Shown here one piece after another: positions 19,256 through 29,901 of a stretch of DNA of 64,000 nucleotides. Position numbers and translations under genes: made by a program. The notes under the pieces are model-generated. The model was not told where the DNA came from. It made no database searches and worked only from the letters and a program-made list of their open reading frames with translations. The DNA is taken from assembly GCA_965203555.1 (NCBI GenBank), contig CBDBCY010000004.1, positions 960,001-1,024,000 of the forward strand, written 5' to 3'. Every line of letters begins with the position of its first letter. Position 1 is the stretch's first letter. Source of the DNA: Acidimicrobiia bacterium (GTDB lineage: Bacteria > Actinomycetota > Acidimicrobiia > Spongiisociales > ZC4RG35).

Positions 19256-21282
19256 GGCAGATCCACCACTATGGCACCGGTGGCGTGCACTCGGGCTTCA
19301 CCGAACGGCAGGTAGGTTGTCGAATCCAACTGCTGGATGACCGAAGGGGTGACCAGGGTCTGTCCGGGCAGGAGGTCGGCCCGGCGATAGATCGGCGCCT
19401 TCGACTCTTCTCCGCTGACCGAGACCACCCTCCGGCGAGAGCGCGGCTCGGCCTCTCCCGCGACCGCGGCATCCCCACCCAGAAGCGGCTTGGGTGTGGC
19501 GCCCAGACCGGTGAGCCGCACGTTGACCAGGTCGACCAGGTCGTCTCCCAGGGCATGGCCGTAGCGGGTCTTGTGCGCCAGGTGAAAGTCGCCGATCGCC
19601 TGCGACAACGTGGCCGCGTCCGGCCGCAGCGATGCGAGCGGGACGTTGATCTCATAGGCCTGCCCGGCGTAGCGCAAGTCGAGGCTGGCTCGCAGAGTCC
19701 GCATCCGGGGAGGGATACCGTCTTGTTCCAACTCGCGCCGGGCCTCCTCGGCCATTACCGTCAACGACTCCTGCAAGTCCGCCGGGTCCAATCGGATCAT
19801 CCGGGATCGCAGCGTGGCCACCAGGTCATGCCGGACATCGGAAGCAAGAATCCCCAGCGCCGAGTTACAGCCGGGAATGGGAGGAATCACCACGCGGCGC
19901 AGGGCAAGTTCCTCGGCGATGTGCACTCCATGGGTGGGACCCGCCCCGCCGAACGGCACCAACGCAAAGTCCCGGGGATCCCGACCCCGTTCGATGGACA
20001 CGGTTCGCAGGGCGTGCATCATGTTGGCGTTGACCAACCGCACTATCCCCACCGCCGCATCGGTTACGGAAAGCCCCAGCGGTTTGCCTACGTGCCTTTC
20101 GATGGCCCGGGCGGCCAGGTCGAGGTCGGGATAGATCTCGCCCCCCATTTGGAAATCGGGGTCGTAGACACCCAACACGAGATTGGCGTCGGTGACGGTA
20201 GGCAACTCCCCTCCCCGACCGTAACATGCCGGGCCGGGATCGGAACCTGCCGAATCCGGGCCGACCGAGATCCTTCCGAAGTCGTCCACCTTGGCGATGC
20301 TTCCCCCGCCTGCGCCCACCGTGTGGATGTCGAGAGTGGGATAGGAGACCGCATAGCCGCCGACTTCGAAGTCGAGCCTCGTGTCCGGCTGCCCGTCCGT
20401 TATGCCGGCCACGTCACAACTCGTGCCGCCCATGTCCAGGGTGAGCAGATGGGTCTCACCGAGCAATTCTCCCAGATAGGCCGACGCCATCACCCCGCCG
20501 GCCGGGCCCGAGAGGAGGGTCAGGATCGGAAAGGACGCTGCCCGTTCGGGACGAACCAGACCTCCATTGGACTGCATCATCTGCAGCCAGGCGTAAAGCT
20601 TGCTCTCCTGCAGTTCGGCCCGGAGTCGGCGAAAATACCTCCTCACCAGAGGAGTCAGGTAGGCGTTCATCACGGTGGTGCTGGTGCGCTCGTACTCGCG
20701 GTGCAGGGGAAGAGCCTCCGACGAGATCGTTATGTCCTCGGACAGCTCCGGCAGTTCCTCCGCCAGGATCCGGCGGGTCCGCAACTCGTGGTCGGGGTTC
20801 ATAAAGGAAAAGAGGTAGGAAACGGCGATCGACTCCACCCCGGCCTGCCGGATGCAGCTCGCCGCGGTTCTCACCGCCTGCTCGTCCAGGGCCCGAACCT
20901 CGCTCCCGTCCGCCGCCGTCCGCTCGGGGATTTCGAACCGCAGAGGCCGGGGGACGATCGGGCGAGGAATCTTCTCGTATATGTCGAACAGGGTGGAACG
21001 GTGGGTGCGACGGATCTCCAGGACGTCCCTGAAACCTTCGGTGGTCAACAGGGCGGTCTTGGCGCCTGACTTGGTCAGGACCGCATTGGTGGCCAACGTG
21101 GTTCCGTAGCCGACCGTCTCCAGGGCGGACCGGTCGGTGGCTTTGGAGAGGGCCTTGAGAAAGCCGGGCGTGGGATCGGGGTAGGTGGTCAGCGACTTGG
21201 CCTGGATGAGTTCACCGGTGGACTCCTCAACAGTCACCACGTCGGTGAAGGTGCCGCCGATATCCACCGCCGCCCTGGTCAT
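19252..21282 (-). CDS. Hydantoinase A / 5-oxoprolinase ATP-binding subunit
   Basis: DIGGTFTD, GTTLATNA, SGPAGG, DMGGTSCD, GAGGGS, PGPACYGRGG, FGGAGP. Confidence 0.93.
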   Translation of the reverse strand: MTRAAVDIGGTFTDVVTVEESTGELIQAKSLTTYPDPTPGFLKALSKATDRSALETVGYGTTLATNAVLTKSGAKTALLTTEGFRDVLEIRRTHRSTLFDIYEKIPRPIVPRPLRFEIPERTAADGSEVRALDEQAVRTAASCIRQAGVESIAVSYLFSFMNPDHELRTRRILAEELPELSEDITISSEALPLHREYERTSTTVMNAYLTPLVRRYFRRLRAELQESKLYAWLQMMQSNGGLVRPERAASFPILTLLSGPAGGVMASAYLGELLGETHLLTLDMGGTSCDVAGITDGQPDTRLDFEVGGYAVSYPTLDIHTVGAGGGSIAKVDDFGRISVGPDSAGSDPGPACYGRGGELPTVTDANLVLGVYDPDFQMGGEIYPDLDLAARAIERHVGKPLGLSVTDAAVGIVRLVNANMMHALRTVSIERGRDPRDFALVPFGGAGPTHGVHIAEELALRRVVIPPIPGCNSALGILASDVRHDLVATLRSRMIRLDPADLQESLTVMAEEARRELEQDGIPPRMRTLRASLDLRYAGQAYEINVPLASLRPDAATLSQAIGDFHLAHKTRYGHALGDDLVDLVNVRLTGLGATPKPLLGGDAAVAGEAEPRSRRRVVSVSGEESKAPIYRRADLLPGQTLVTPSVIQQLDSTTYLPFGEARVHATGAIVVDLP

Positions 21283-22274
21283 GCCGAGTACTCCACAAGG
21301 CCGAGACACTCCCGCACCCGCTGGGCGATAAGCCGTTCGTCGCAGATCATGACGGTTTCCAACTCCCGGGCGAACGGAATGGGAGTCGCCCTGCTCCCTG
21401 CCCGCAGCGGAGGCGCGTCCAGTTCATCAAACCCCTCCGCCACCACCCGGCTGATCAACTCCCCGGCCCAGCCTCCCCTCTCCACCGCTTCGTGGGCCAC
21501 GACCAGTTGATGGGTCCGCGACACAGACTCCAACACCAGGTCGACATCCATGGGAACCAGGGTGCGCAGGTCGATGACCTCGACCGATATCCCCTCCTCC
21601 TCCAGCTGCCGGGCAGCCACCAGCGCCTGATGGACCGACTTGCCGATAGCCGCCACCGTTATATCCTCCCCCCAACGTCTGACCACGCCCCGCCCAAGCG
21701 GTATCGGCGCCACGGGATCGGAGACCATCCCCTTGGTTCTGTACAAGGCCCGGTGCTCGATGAAGAGGACCGGATGGTCCAGAGCCACCGCGGTCTTGAA
21801 GAGCCCCTTCACGTCGTGGGGCACGGACGGCATCACCACCGCCAGGCCCGGAACGTGCAGGAACCAGCTTTCCAGGGTCTGAGAGTGCTGGGACCCGTGA
21901 TGGGTGCCGGAGCCCCCCTGGGTCCGGATCACCATCGGCGCCCGCAACTGGTCACCCGACATGTATCGCATCTTGGCGGCGTGATTGACGATGGCATCCA
22001 TCCCGCAGGCGATGAAGTCCATGAACATCACCTCCACGATGGGGCGCATCCCCATCACCGCCGCACCCACCCCCGCCCCCAGCATGGACTGCTCGGCGAT
22101 GGGCATGTCGCGAACCCGGTGGGCGCCGAATCTCTCCGCAAGGCCCTGCGTGGCGCGGAACACACCGCCGTATTCTCCGATCTCCTGGCCCATGATGAAA
22201 ACCCGGTCGTCGGCGGCCATGGCCTCCGCCTGCGCCTGGAGTACCGCCTCGATGAAGGTGATCTCCGCGGTCAC
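21279..22274 (-). CDS. 2-oxoacid/acetoin dehydrogenase E1 beta subunit
   Basis: GGVFRAT, DMPIAE, FMDF, QHSQ, EVIDLRTL. Confidence 0.93.
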   Translation of the reverse strand: MTAEITFIEAVLQAQAEAMAADDRVFIMGQEIGEYGGVFRATQGLAERFGAHRVRDMPIAEQSMLGAGVGAAVMGMRPIVEVMFMDFIACGMDAIVNHAAKMRYMSGDQLRAPMVIRTQGGSGTHHGSQHSQTLESWFLHVPGLAVVMPSVPHDVKGLFKTAVALDHPVLFIEHRALYRTKGMVSDPVAPIPLGRGVVRRWGEDITVAAIGKSVHQALVAARQLEEEGISVEVIDLRTLVPMDVDLVLESVSRTHQLVVAHEAVERGGWAGELISRVVAEGFDELDAPPLRAGSRATPIPFARELETVMICDERLIAQRVRECLGLVEYSA

Positions 22275-23308
22275 AGACTCCCCTCCAGGGCGGACCGTGG
22301 CTCGGGAGGGGGAGATTGGTCGGCGAACACGACTGCTTCCGCGATCTCCACCTCCACCGCCGCCTCGATCTCTGCCAGGGACTCGGGGGAAAGGCGCTCC
22401 GACGCGGCCGACCGGAATCTGTCGAGGGGATCGTCCCGCCGGGCTTTCTCCACTTCCTCACGCGGCCGGTAGAGATGCTCGGCATCTCCGAGATTGTGTC
22501 CTCTCCACCGGTAACACTTCGCCTCCAGCAAAGTCGGTCCACCGCCCGCCCTGGCCCTGTCAACCGCTTCCCTGGTGGCGGCGTACACCGCGAAGACATC
22601 TATCCCGTCCACCACCACGCCCGCAATCCCGTAGCCGTCCGCCCGGGAAGCGATGTCGGCGTTCAATTGCATCTGCTCGGCCCGGAAGGAATGGGCAAAT
22701 CCATTGTTCTCCACCACAAAAACCACCGGGAGCCTCCAGATGGCCGCCAGGTTGAGGGTTTCGTGGAAGACCCCCTGCCCCACTGCCCCGTCACCCATGA
22801 ACGACACCGCCACCCGCGATTCCCTGCCCAGATCGAAGGCCAGCGCTGCCCCGGTGGCCAGCAACTCGCTCCCGCCGATAATCGGACTCTGCCCCACAAA
22901 GCCGTGCGCCATGCTGACAATGTGCATCGAGCCGCCTTTTCCTCCGCAATACCCGGTGGATCGACCCCAAAGTTCAGCGCAGATCGGACCCAGCGCCGCG
23001 CCTTTGGCGATGGCGTGACCATGGCCGCGGTGAGTCGAAGTCACCACGTCATCGGCCTGCAGCGCCGAGCAAACCCCCACCGAGACAGCTTCCTGCCCCA
23101 TCGAAGAGTGGAACGGTCCGTAAAGGGCGCCGGCCAGATGGTTGCGCTCCATCACCACTTCAAAGCGGCGAATGGTGTACATGAGCCTGAACATCTCCAT
23201 CAGCCGAGCGTCACTCATCTCATCAATCCCTTCCGGCGAACAACCGTCGCCCGAAGGGAGTGTGTCGGGATCGGGGACTGCCGAGATGGCGTTCGTGCCG
23301 TTACTCAC
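22271..23308 (-). CDS. 2-oxoacid/acetoin dehydrogenase E1 alpha subunit (TPP)
   Basis: GQEA, STHRGHGH, GKGGSMH, GDGA...ENN TPP motif, YRWRGH. Start uncertain (23218, 23308 or 23383). Confidence 0.92.
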   Translation of the reverse strand: MSNGTNAISAVPDPDTLPSGDGCSPEGIDEMSDARLMEMFRLMYTIRRFEVVMERNHLAGALYGPFHSSMGQEAVSVGVCSALQADDVVTSTHRGHGHAIAKGAALGPICAELWGRSTGYCGGKGGSMHIVSMAHGFVGQSPIIGGSELLATGAALAFDLGRESRVAVSFMGDGAVGQGVFHETLNLAAIWRLPVVFVVENNGFAHSFRAEQMQLNADIASRADGYGIAGVVVDGIDVFAVYAATREAVDRARAGGGPTLLEAKCYRWRGHNLGDAEHLYRPREEVEKARRDDPLDRFRSAASERLSPESLAEIEAAVEVEIAEAVVFADQSPPPEPRSALEGSL

Positions 23309-23386
23309 ATTTCCACCGTTCGCCTTGCCGGGCCAATCCCCAACATTCTCCGCAAATGTCCGCATAGCAGACACTCTGTCCACATT

Positions 23387-24601
23387 CTAAGACTCGCCTC
23401 GCCGACTCGCCCCGGTCCGCACCACCCCTCGGTCCTCCAAGTCTGCGATGGTCTCGGACGCGTAGGCAAGCTTGGCCGTCAACACCTCGGCGGTGTGCTC
23501 GCCCAGCATGGGAGCAGGCTCGGTGGGATGCCGCCAGTCGCTCCATTTCATGGGACTGGGCGGGTACGAGATTTCACCCAACCTGGGATGGCGGGACTGC
23601 TGGACCATCTCTCTCGCCCGGACCTGTGGGTCTGCAAACGCCTCCGCTATGTCATTGACCGGAGCGACGGGAAGATCGTACTTCTCCATCATCGCCATCC
23701 ATTCAGCCCTGGTGCGTTGGGCGAACGCCTCGGCCAGGATCTTTTCGACGAAAGCACGATTCTCCAGGCGGGCGGCGTTGTCCCTGGTGCGGGGATCATC
23801 CTTGAGTTCGGGACGACCGATGGCGTCGCACAGGTTTCTCCAGAATTTCTCCCCGCGAGCGGCAACCACCACGAAGCCGTCCTTTGCCTCCAGAGCCTGC
23901 CAGGGCACGATGTGGGCATGGGCCGTGCCTCGCCTTGCGATCCTGGCCCCGGTGTTCAAGTGGTCGAAGGCGTCGTAGGAAAGCATCGAGACCAATGCGT
24001 CCAACATTGAGATGTCGGCATGCTGACCTTCTCCGTGGAGTTCCCTTCCCACCAGGGCGCCCAGCACCGCCAGGCAGGCGAAGATCCCACCGCATATGTC
24101 GGCGATGGGAATCCCGACCCGCGCCGGGGGACCGTCGGCCGGGCCGGTCATATCCATCAGTCCGCTGTAGGCCTGCACCACCAGATCGAACGCCGGCCGA
24201 TCACGGGCCGGGCCGGTGGCGCCGAAGCCGGTGACGGAAACGGTGATGATCCGGTGGTTGTGTCTGCGTAGGCTGCGGCGGTCAATTCCCAGACGGTCCA
24301 TCACACCGGGCCGGAAGTTGTCGATCACCACGTCCGAGCAGGCGACCAGGGCGTAGAAGACCTCTCTACCCGACTCGCTCTTCAGGTCTAGGACCATACT
24401 CTTTTTGCCGCGATTCATCTGCAAGTGAATGGCGCTCTCCCCTCTCACGGGAGTTATCTTCGGGTTCCGGGCCGCATCGCCCCAGGGAGGTTCGATCTTG
24501 ATCACCTCGGCGCCCAGGTCGGCCAGGATCATGCCCCCATACGTGCCGGCGATCACCTGCCCCAATTCCAGGACCGTCACTCCCGATAGCATGCCCCTCA
24601 T
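23387..24601 (-). CDS. CaiB/BaiF (class III) CoA-transferase
   Basis: LADLGAEVIKIE, NRGKKS, NFRPG, catalytic Asp in ADICGG, APMLGEHT. Confidence 0.93.
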   Translation of the reverse strand: MRGMLSGVTVLELGQVIAGTYGGMILADLGAEVIKIEPPWGDAARNPKITPVRGESAIHLQMNRGKKSMVLDLKSESGREVFYALVACSDVVIDNFRPGVMDRLGIDRRSLRRHNHRIITVSVTGFGATGPARDRPAFDLVVQAYSGLMDMTGPADGPPARVGIPIADICGGIFACLAVLGALVGRELHGEGQHADISMLDALVSMLSYDAFDHLNTGARIARRGTAHAHIVPWQALEAKDGFVVVAARGEKFWRNLCDAIGRPELKDDPRTRDNAARLENRAFVEKILAEAFAQRTRAEWMAMMEKYDLPVAPVNDIAEAFADPQVRAREMVQQSRHPRLGEISYPPSPMKWSDWRHPTEPAPMLGEHTAEVLTAKLAYASETIADLEDRGVVRTGASRRGES

Positions 24602-24643
24602 GGCGCCGGCGGACCTTCAAAGTATCCCGCTGGGGTCAAGAGA

Positions 24644-25999
24644 TCAACTCTCCTTGATGGTCTCGAGCACGGCTTGGCAGACGTCCAGTACCTCGTCGAT
24701 CTCCGAGTCGCTCTGGGACGCGTTGGTAAAGCCCAGGTGATAGGGGGTGATATACACCCCATGGGCTACCAGGCCTAGATAGAAGGTCCCCGCCATCTCC
24801 CGGTCGCTTGCTAACACGTCGCGGATGCTGCGCACCGGTTCATCGGCAAAGTACACGCCGAAAATGGGTCCCTGCCCGGTGGCCTGGACGGGCAGACCCA
24901 GGTTGGCGCCCATCTTCTCTATCCCCTCGCGCACCCGGTCGCCAGTGTCGTTCAGCTTCTCGTACATGCCGGGCTTCTCCAGTTCCGACAGCATCGCCAT
25001 GCCGGCTGCCAACGACACCAGGTTGGTCTGGAAGGTCCCCGATTGGAAAATGGTAACCCGCTCATCGTCGGCGTCGCGGCGGGGAGTGACGACCTGTTCC
25101 ATGACGTCGCGCCGGCCTCCGAAGGCGCCCATGGGAAATCCGCCCCCGATAGTCTTGGCAAGCGCCACCAGGTCAGGGGTGACGCCCGTCACCGCGGTGC
25201 TGCCGCCCAGGGCGACCCTGAAACCGGTGATCACCTCGTCGAAGATCAGAAGAATTCCGTGGCGGGCGGTGACCTCCCGCAGGGCCTCCAAAAACCCCTG
25301 TTCGGCCACGATCCCGGCCAGCCACGTCCCTCCCACCGCCTCCACCACCACCCCGGCCAACTCGGAGGCGTGCTCGGAGATAAGCGCCACCGTGGCGTCG
25401 GTGTTGTTGAACGGCAGGACCACCGTGTCGTCCAGGACGCCCTGGGGAATGCCGGCCCCCTCGGGTAGCGCCAGCGGGCGTTCCTCGGGTCCCCCGTAGG
25501 AGGTCCCACTGATCAGCAGATTGTCGTAGCCTCCGTGGAAATTGCCTTCGAACTTTCCGATCTTCCGTCTGCCTGTGAAGGCGCGGGCCACCCGCATCGA
25601 CATGTGGACCGCCTCGGAACCGGTGTGGACGAAGCGAATCATCTCCATGTGAGGCATGTGCTTTCGAATAAGATCAGCCATGGCCAGGTTGTTGGGAGAC
25701 GGCGCGATCGTGCTGGTGCCCCTGGAGAGTTGCTTGGCGACGGCATTCATCACCGGGGGCGGCGAATGGCCCAGAATGTGGGGCCCGCCGCCGATAAGGG
25801 AATCGATGTACCGGTTGCCGTCGACATCCCACAGAAACGGCCCGCCGGCCCGTTCCACGTACAACGGGTAAGGGGGGCGGAAGCCGGCGTTGCCCGGAAC
25901 CCCGCCCGGCAAATGGTTTCTGGCCTCCTCGTAGAGTCGCAGGGACTCTGGCGTGCGTTGGGTGTAAAGGTCCACGAATCTCTTTCGGGCGTCTGTCAT
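24644..25999 (-). CDS. Class III aminotransferase (GSA-aminomutase-like)
   Basis: DVDGNRYID, TGSEA, FEGNFHG, FDEVITGFR, LAKTIGGGFP, SGTF. Confidence 0.92.
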   Translation of the reverse strand: MTDARKRFVDLYTQRTPESLRLYEEARNHLPGGVPGNAGFRPPYPLYVERAGGPFLWDVDGNRYIDSLIGGGPHILGHSPPPVMNAVAKQLSRGTSTIAPSPNNLAMADLIRKHMPHMEMIRFVHTGSEAVHMSMRVARAFTGRRKIGKFEGNFHGGYDNLLISGTSYGGPEERPLALPEGAGIPQGVLDDTVVLPFNNTDATVALISEHASELAGVVVEAVGGTWLAGIVAEQGFLEALREVTARHGILLIFDEVITGFRVALGGSTAVTGVTPDLVALAKTIGGGFPMGAFGGRRDVMEQVVTPRRDADDERVTIFQSGTFQTNLVSLAAGMAMLSELEKPGMYEKLNDTGDRVREGIEKMGANLGLPVQATGQGPIFGVYFADEPVRSIRDVLASDREMAGTFYLGLVAHGVYITPYHLGFTNASQSDSEIDEVLDVCQAVLETIKES

Positions 26000-27843
26000 G
26001 ATTGCTGCTCTCCTGTGTCAGATCGGGCGGCGCGCAGTTCGGCGCGCAAACTTTCGGTTGCATCGACATCTATCCGGTAGTCGAGAAGGTCGGCGTCCCG
26101 CACTTCGATCGCCACCCCGTAGTCGTTGCGGGCGGACTCGAGCGATATGTACCGGTCCATTACATCTTCCAGCACGGCCCCGGGATCCCGCTCCAGGGGA
26201 TCGCCGTACCCCCCGCCTCCCGAAGAGACGTGATAGAAGGTGCCGTGCCGGCCGACGAACTCGTCGGCGAAGTAGATGGGAAGGTCCTCCTCCCGGTCGG
26301 TACCAAGATTCTTGGCCACCCGGATGGGGATCCCGTCCTTCCCGCCGAACAGCCCGCGTGGACCGCCGGGGCCGTCCTCTCCCCGATCGGCGATGTAGGA
26401 GAGCCGCACGCCGCCGGCGTTCTCCGCTCGCAGCACCGACTCCAGTCCCGCCCCTCCCCTCCACTTTCCCGCTCCCATCGAGTCGGTGACCGGCGCCAGA
26501 CGGTCAAAGGTGACCGGCCACATCCTCTCGATCACCTCGCTCGACTGGTTGAGGATTCCCAGCCCGAAGATGGCGGCGCCGCAGTCCCGCCCGTCCGCGC
26601 CGTACTTGCCGCCCCAGCCGCCGGTGTGCCAGTGGTAGTAGACGAAGTAATTGTTGTGCCGGCCGGGACGGTCGTCCACCCCGCCGGCCACCACGTATTC
26701 CAGGTTGAAGTTGCCGGCAAAGGACCGCTGTGGCGCGACCTGCGCCCAAACCCTTTGCACGCAGGCCGTGGTCTTCTCATACGCTCCCGACACCTCCCCG
26801 CACACTGCGTAGGGACGGACCGCGTTGACCACGCTCGTCTCGGGAAAGACCGCCTTGATGATGCGCAGCCACCCCGCATTCATGAGAGGCTTGGGAAAGA
26901 TGTACTTGGTGCCGGCCACCAGGGCGCCGGTGGTCGACCCGCGGGTGCCGTTCATGCCCGATTGCACCGGCGGTCCCGACCCCGTCATGTCATAGATGAC
27001 CCTCGGAGGATCGTGCTGGATGGTCATCTTGAGAGAGACCTTCACCGGGCCATCCTCGGGCGCCTGGGGATCGTAGTCGATGTAGTCATCGGTCTCCCAT
27101 GTCCCCTCGGGGCACCGGAGGATCTCGGCGGCCAACTCCCGCTCGGAGTGGTCCAGGGTGCCCTTCATGGACCCCACGACGGTCTCCAGCCCGTACTTTG
27201 CTATCAGGGTGTGGAGCCGGGCCTCCCCCACCCGGGCGGCCTCGATGTGAGCGATCAGATCACCCGTGGAGTTGACGGGGATGCGGATGTTGGCCATGAT
27301 CAGGTTCTTCACGTCATGGCGCATCACCCCCCGTGAGACCACCTTGAGCGGAGGAATCACCAGACCCTCGGCATAGATGTCCGCCGCCAGGGCGTTCATG
27401 GAGCCCGGAGTGGCGCCGCCCACATCCGACCAGTGGCCCTTGGTTGCCGTGAATGCGATCAGCTCGTCCTGCCAGAAGATCGGGCTGATGAAGGTCATGT
27501 CGGGCAGGTGGGTTCCTCCCCGGTAGGGCTCGTTGAAGGCAAAGACGTCCCCTTCCTCCAAGCCTTCCTCCACGTCGACGAAGTCCTCGATCACCGACTG
27601 TGTGCTGGGTTGCAGGGCCCCGACATGGACCGCCACATCCCGGGTTCCCTGGGCGACCAGTTCCCCCCGGGCGTTCATCAGGCCGCCGCTGACATCCCCG
27701 CAGTAGATCACAAACGACAGACAGGAATCCCGAAGTGCCTCCACCATCTCGTCAACCAGGCTCACGAATGCGCTGGAGAGAATCGAGAAAGTCACCGGAT
27801 CGACCTGGTGAACCGGATCCGGCCGGGGCTGGTCGCCGCTCAT
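25996..27843 (-). CDS. Hydantoinase B / 5-oxoprolinase subunit (second copy)
   Basis: NEPYRGGTHLPD, HWSDVGG, EGLVIPP, DSMGAGKWRGG, GGGGYGDPLER. Start MSGDQP is coupled to the upstream stop. Confidence 0.92.
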   Translation of the reverse strand: MSGDQPRPDPVHQVDPVTFSILSSAFVSLVDEMVEALRDSCLSFVIYCGDVSGGLMNARGELVAQGTRDVAVHVGALQPSTQSVIEDFVDVEEGLEEGDVFAFNEPYRGGTHLPDMTFISPIFWQDELIAFTATKGHWSDVGGATPGSMNALAADIYAEGLVIPPLKVVSRGVMRHDVKNLIMANIRIPVNSTGDLIAHIEAARVGEARLHTLIAKYGLETVVGSMKGTLDHSERELAAEILRCPEGTWETDDYIDYDPQAPEDGPVKVSLKMTIQHDPPRVIYDMTGSGPPVQSGMNGTRGSTTGALVAGTKYIFPKPLMNAGWLRIIKAVFPETSVVNAVRPYAVCGEVSGAYEKTTACVQRVWAQVAPQRSFAGNFNLEYVVAGGVDDRPGRHNNYFVYYHWHTGGWGGKYGADGRDCGAAIFGLGILNQSSEVIERMWPVTFDRLAPVTDSMGAGKWRGGAGLESVLRAENAGGVRLSYIADRGEDGPGGPRGLFGGKDGIPIRVAKNLGTDREEDLPIYFADEFVGRHGTFYHVSSGGGGYGDPLERDPGAVLEDVMDRYISLESARNDYGVAIEVRDADLLDYRIDVDATESLRAELRAARSDTGEQQS

Positions 27844-29901
27844 TCTCCACCTCCGGCCCCGGTGGTGTCCACCACCAGATTGAGAAAGCGATCGACCGTC
27901 ATCGTCATCCCGGGCGGCACCAGAGTGGTCGAGTCCATCTGCTCGACCACCGCCGGACCCACCGTCCGGAAACCGACCGGCAGGGAGGGCCGCGACCACA
28001 CCGGGGTGTCCACCCATCCTCCGGCCTCCCGCCAGTGGACGGGACGCCGGTCCGGGGCGGCGGGCACGGTCGAAGTAGCTTCGACAGCACCCGGCCGGTA
28101 TTTGTCGGAAATTCCCGTGCCCGTCACCGCGATTCCGTGGATCTCGACTTCCCGTTCACCCAGGTCGAAGGTGAACCTCTTCAAATACAGACTCTTGAAC
28201 AGCTCCACGATATCCAACAGGCTCTGGGGGGTCATCCTGCCTGTCACCGGGATGGCGAACACCCTCCACTGCCCGGCGTAGCACATGTCGATGGTCCACT
28301 CCACGGACTGGCGCTCGGGCGGAATGCCCTCCCGGTCAAGGGCGGCCCGTACCCGGGCATCGAATTCCTCGAATTGATCATTCATCTCGTCGATGTCGAC
28401 CGCCGCCGCCTCCCCGTAGAACATGCTGGCGCCCAGGTCATGACGGATGTCGGCCATGAGACAACCCAGTGCCGAGGTGAGCCCCGGCCGGGGAGGCACC
28501 AACACGGTGGGAATGCTCATCTCGGCCGCCACCCGGGCGCCGTGGAACGGTCCGGCTCCGCCGAATGCCACCAAGGCGAAGTCGCGGGGATCCAGGCCTC
28601 GCCTCATGGTCGCCAACCTTATGGCATTGGCCATGTTCGCCTCCGCGACCGCCACAACCGCCGCCGCCGCGGAGACCGTGTCGCTGCCGAGCATGCGACC
28701 GATCCGGTCGCGGATCACCTTCTCGGCCAGCGCCGGGACGATCTCCATCGCCCCGCCCAGCATGGCGCCGGGCCGGAGGTTCCCCAGCACCACGTGCGCA
28801 TCGGTGTTGGTGGGCCGGTCGCCTCCCCTTCCGTAGCAGGCCGGGCCGGGGACCGCCCCCATACTGTGCGGTCCCGACCGGAGCTTTCCTCCCGGGTCGA
28901 ACCACGCCACCGATCCTCCCCCCGCCCCCACGGTGATAATGTCCACCGCCGGGAACATGATCGGATGGCCCCACTCCACCTCCCAGGTCTCGGTGGTCCT
29001 CAACCGGCCGTCCAGAGTCACCGAGACATCGGTGCTGGTTCCCTCCGATGTCAAGCCCGATTATGTTCTCAAAGCCCGCCAGTGCGCCTATCTCCCGGGC
29101 CGCTATCGCGCCCGCCGAAGGACCGGAATTGGCGGTCCGGACCGGGATGTTGGAGGTGGCCTCCACCCCCATCAGGCCTCCTGCCGACTGGACGATCAGC
29201 ACATCGCCCTGGTAGTCCCGGTCCCGCAGACCCTGCTCCAGGGCTTTCAGGTAATCGATCATCACCGGGATGAGCGCCACGTTGAGGATGGTGGTGGTGA
29301 ATCGCTCGTACTCGAGAATGCGGGGGATGGTCTCATGGGACGTGCGGACCAGCGCCTCCGGGTATTCCTCCAGGATGATCTCTTTCATTCTCCGCTCGTT
29401 GCGCCCGTTGGTGTAGGAGTGGAGGAAGCACACCGCGATGGTCCGGATGCCCCGACCCCGCAGGATCCGGGCCACGGCGCGCGCCTCCTCTTCGTCGAGG
29501 GGGGTACGGACCTGCCCGGAACTGAGGGTTCGCTCGGTGACTTCCAGGCGGTCGCGGGGCTTGACGATGGAGGGAAGGGGAGACTCGTGGTAGATGTCCC
29601 AGATGTCCTCCTTCGAGCCCCGGGCAGCCTGGGTCAGCACGGCGGTGACTCCCCTGGTGGTCACCATCCCCACCCGCGGCAGGCGCCTCTCTATCAAGGC
29701 GTTGGTCCCCAGGGTCGTCCCGTGAGCAAAGGAGCGGAACCTCTCTCCGCCGACTCCCGCCTCGTCCATGGCGTTGAACACCCCGGCGAAGCCATCCCGG
29801 GTGGTCGGTGTCTTGACGACCCGTACCTCTCCGTCGGGGTCCACCATCACCCAGTCGGTGAAGGTTCCTCCGATGTCTACCCCGATCCTGAACTCAGTCA
29901 T
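27840..29901 (-). pseudogene. Hydantoinase A / oxoprolinase ATP-binding subunit (second copy) with a 1-bp frameshift near 29040
   Basis: The N-half (DIGGTFTD, GTTLGTNA, SGPSAG) and C-half (TSTDV, GAGGGS, PGPACYGRGG) are in different frames. Deleting one base in GGAGGGAACC restores DIGGTSTD. Confidence 0.85.

Noticed and set aside
19285-24010. Long plus-strand ORFs (594 aa, 564 aa, and similar ones at 26002, 27735, 52695, 54045)
   Set aside because: Antisense shadows of well-supported minus-strand genes, expected at high GC.
15776-25999. Calling the class-III aminotransferases hemL
   Set aside because: They are GSA-like in sequence, but there are two divergent copies in a catabolic context with no tetrapyrrole genes.
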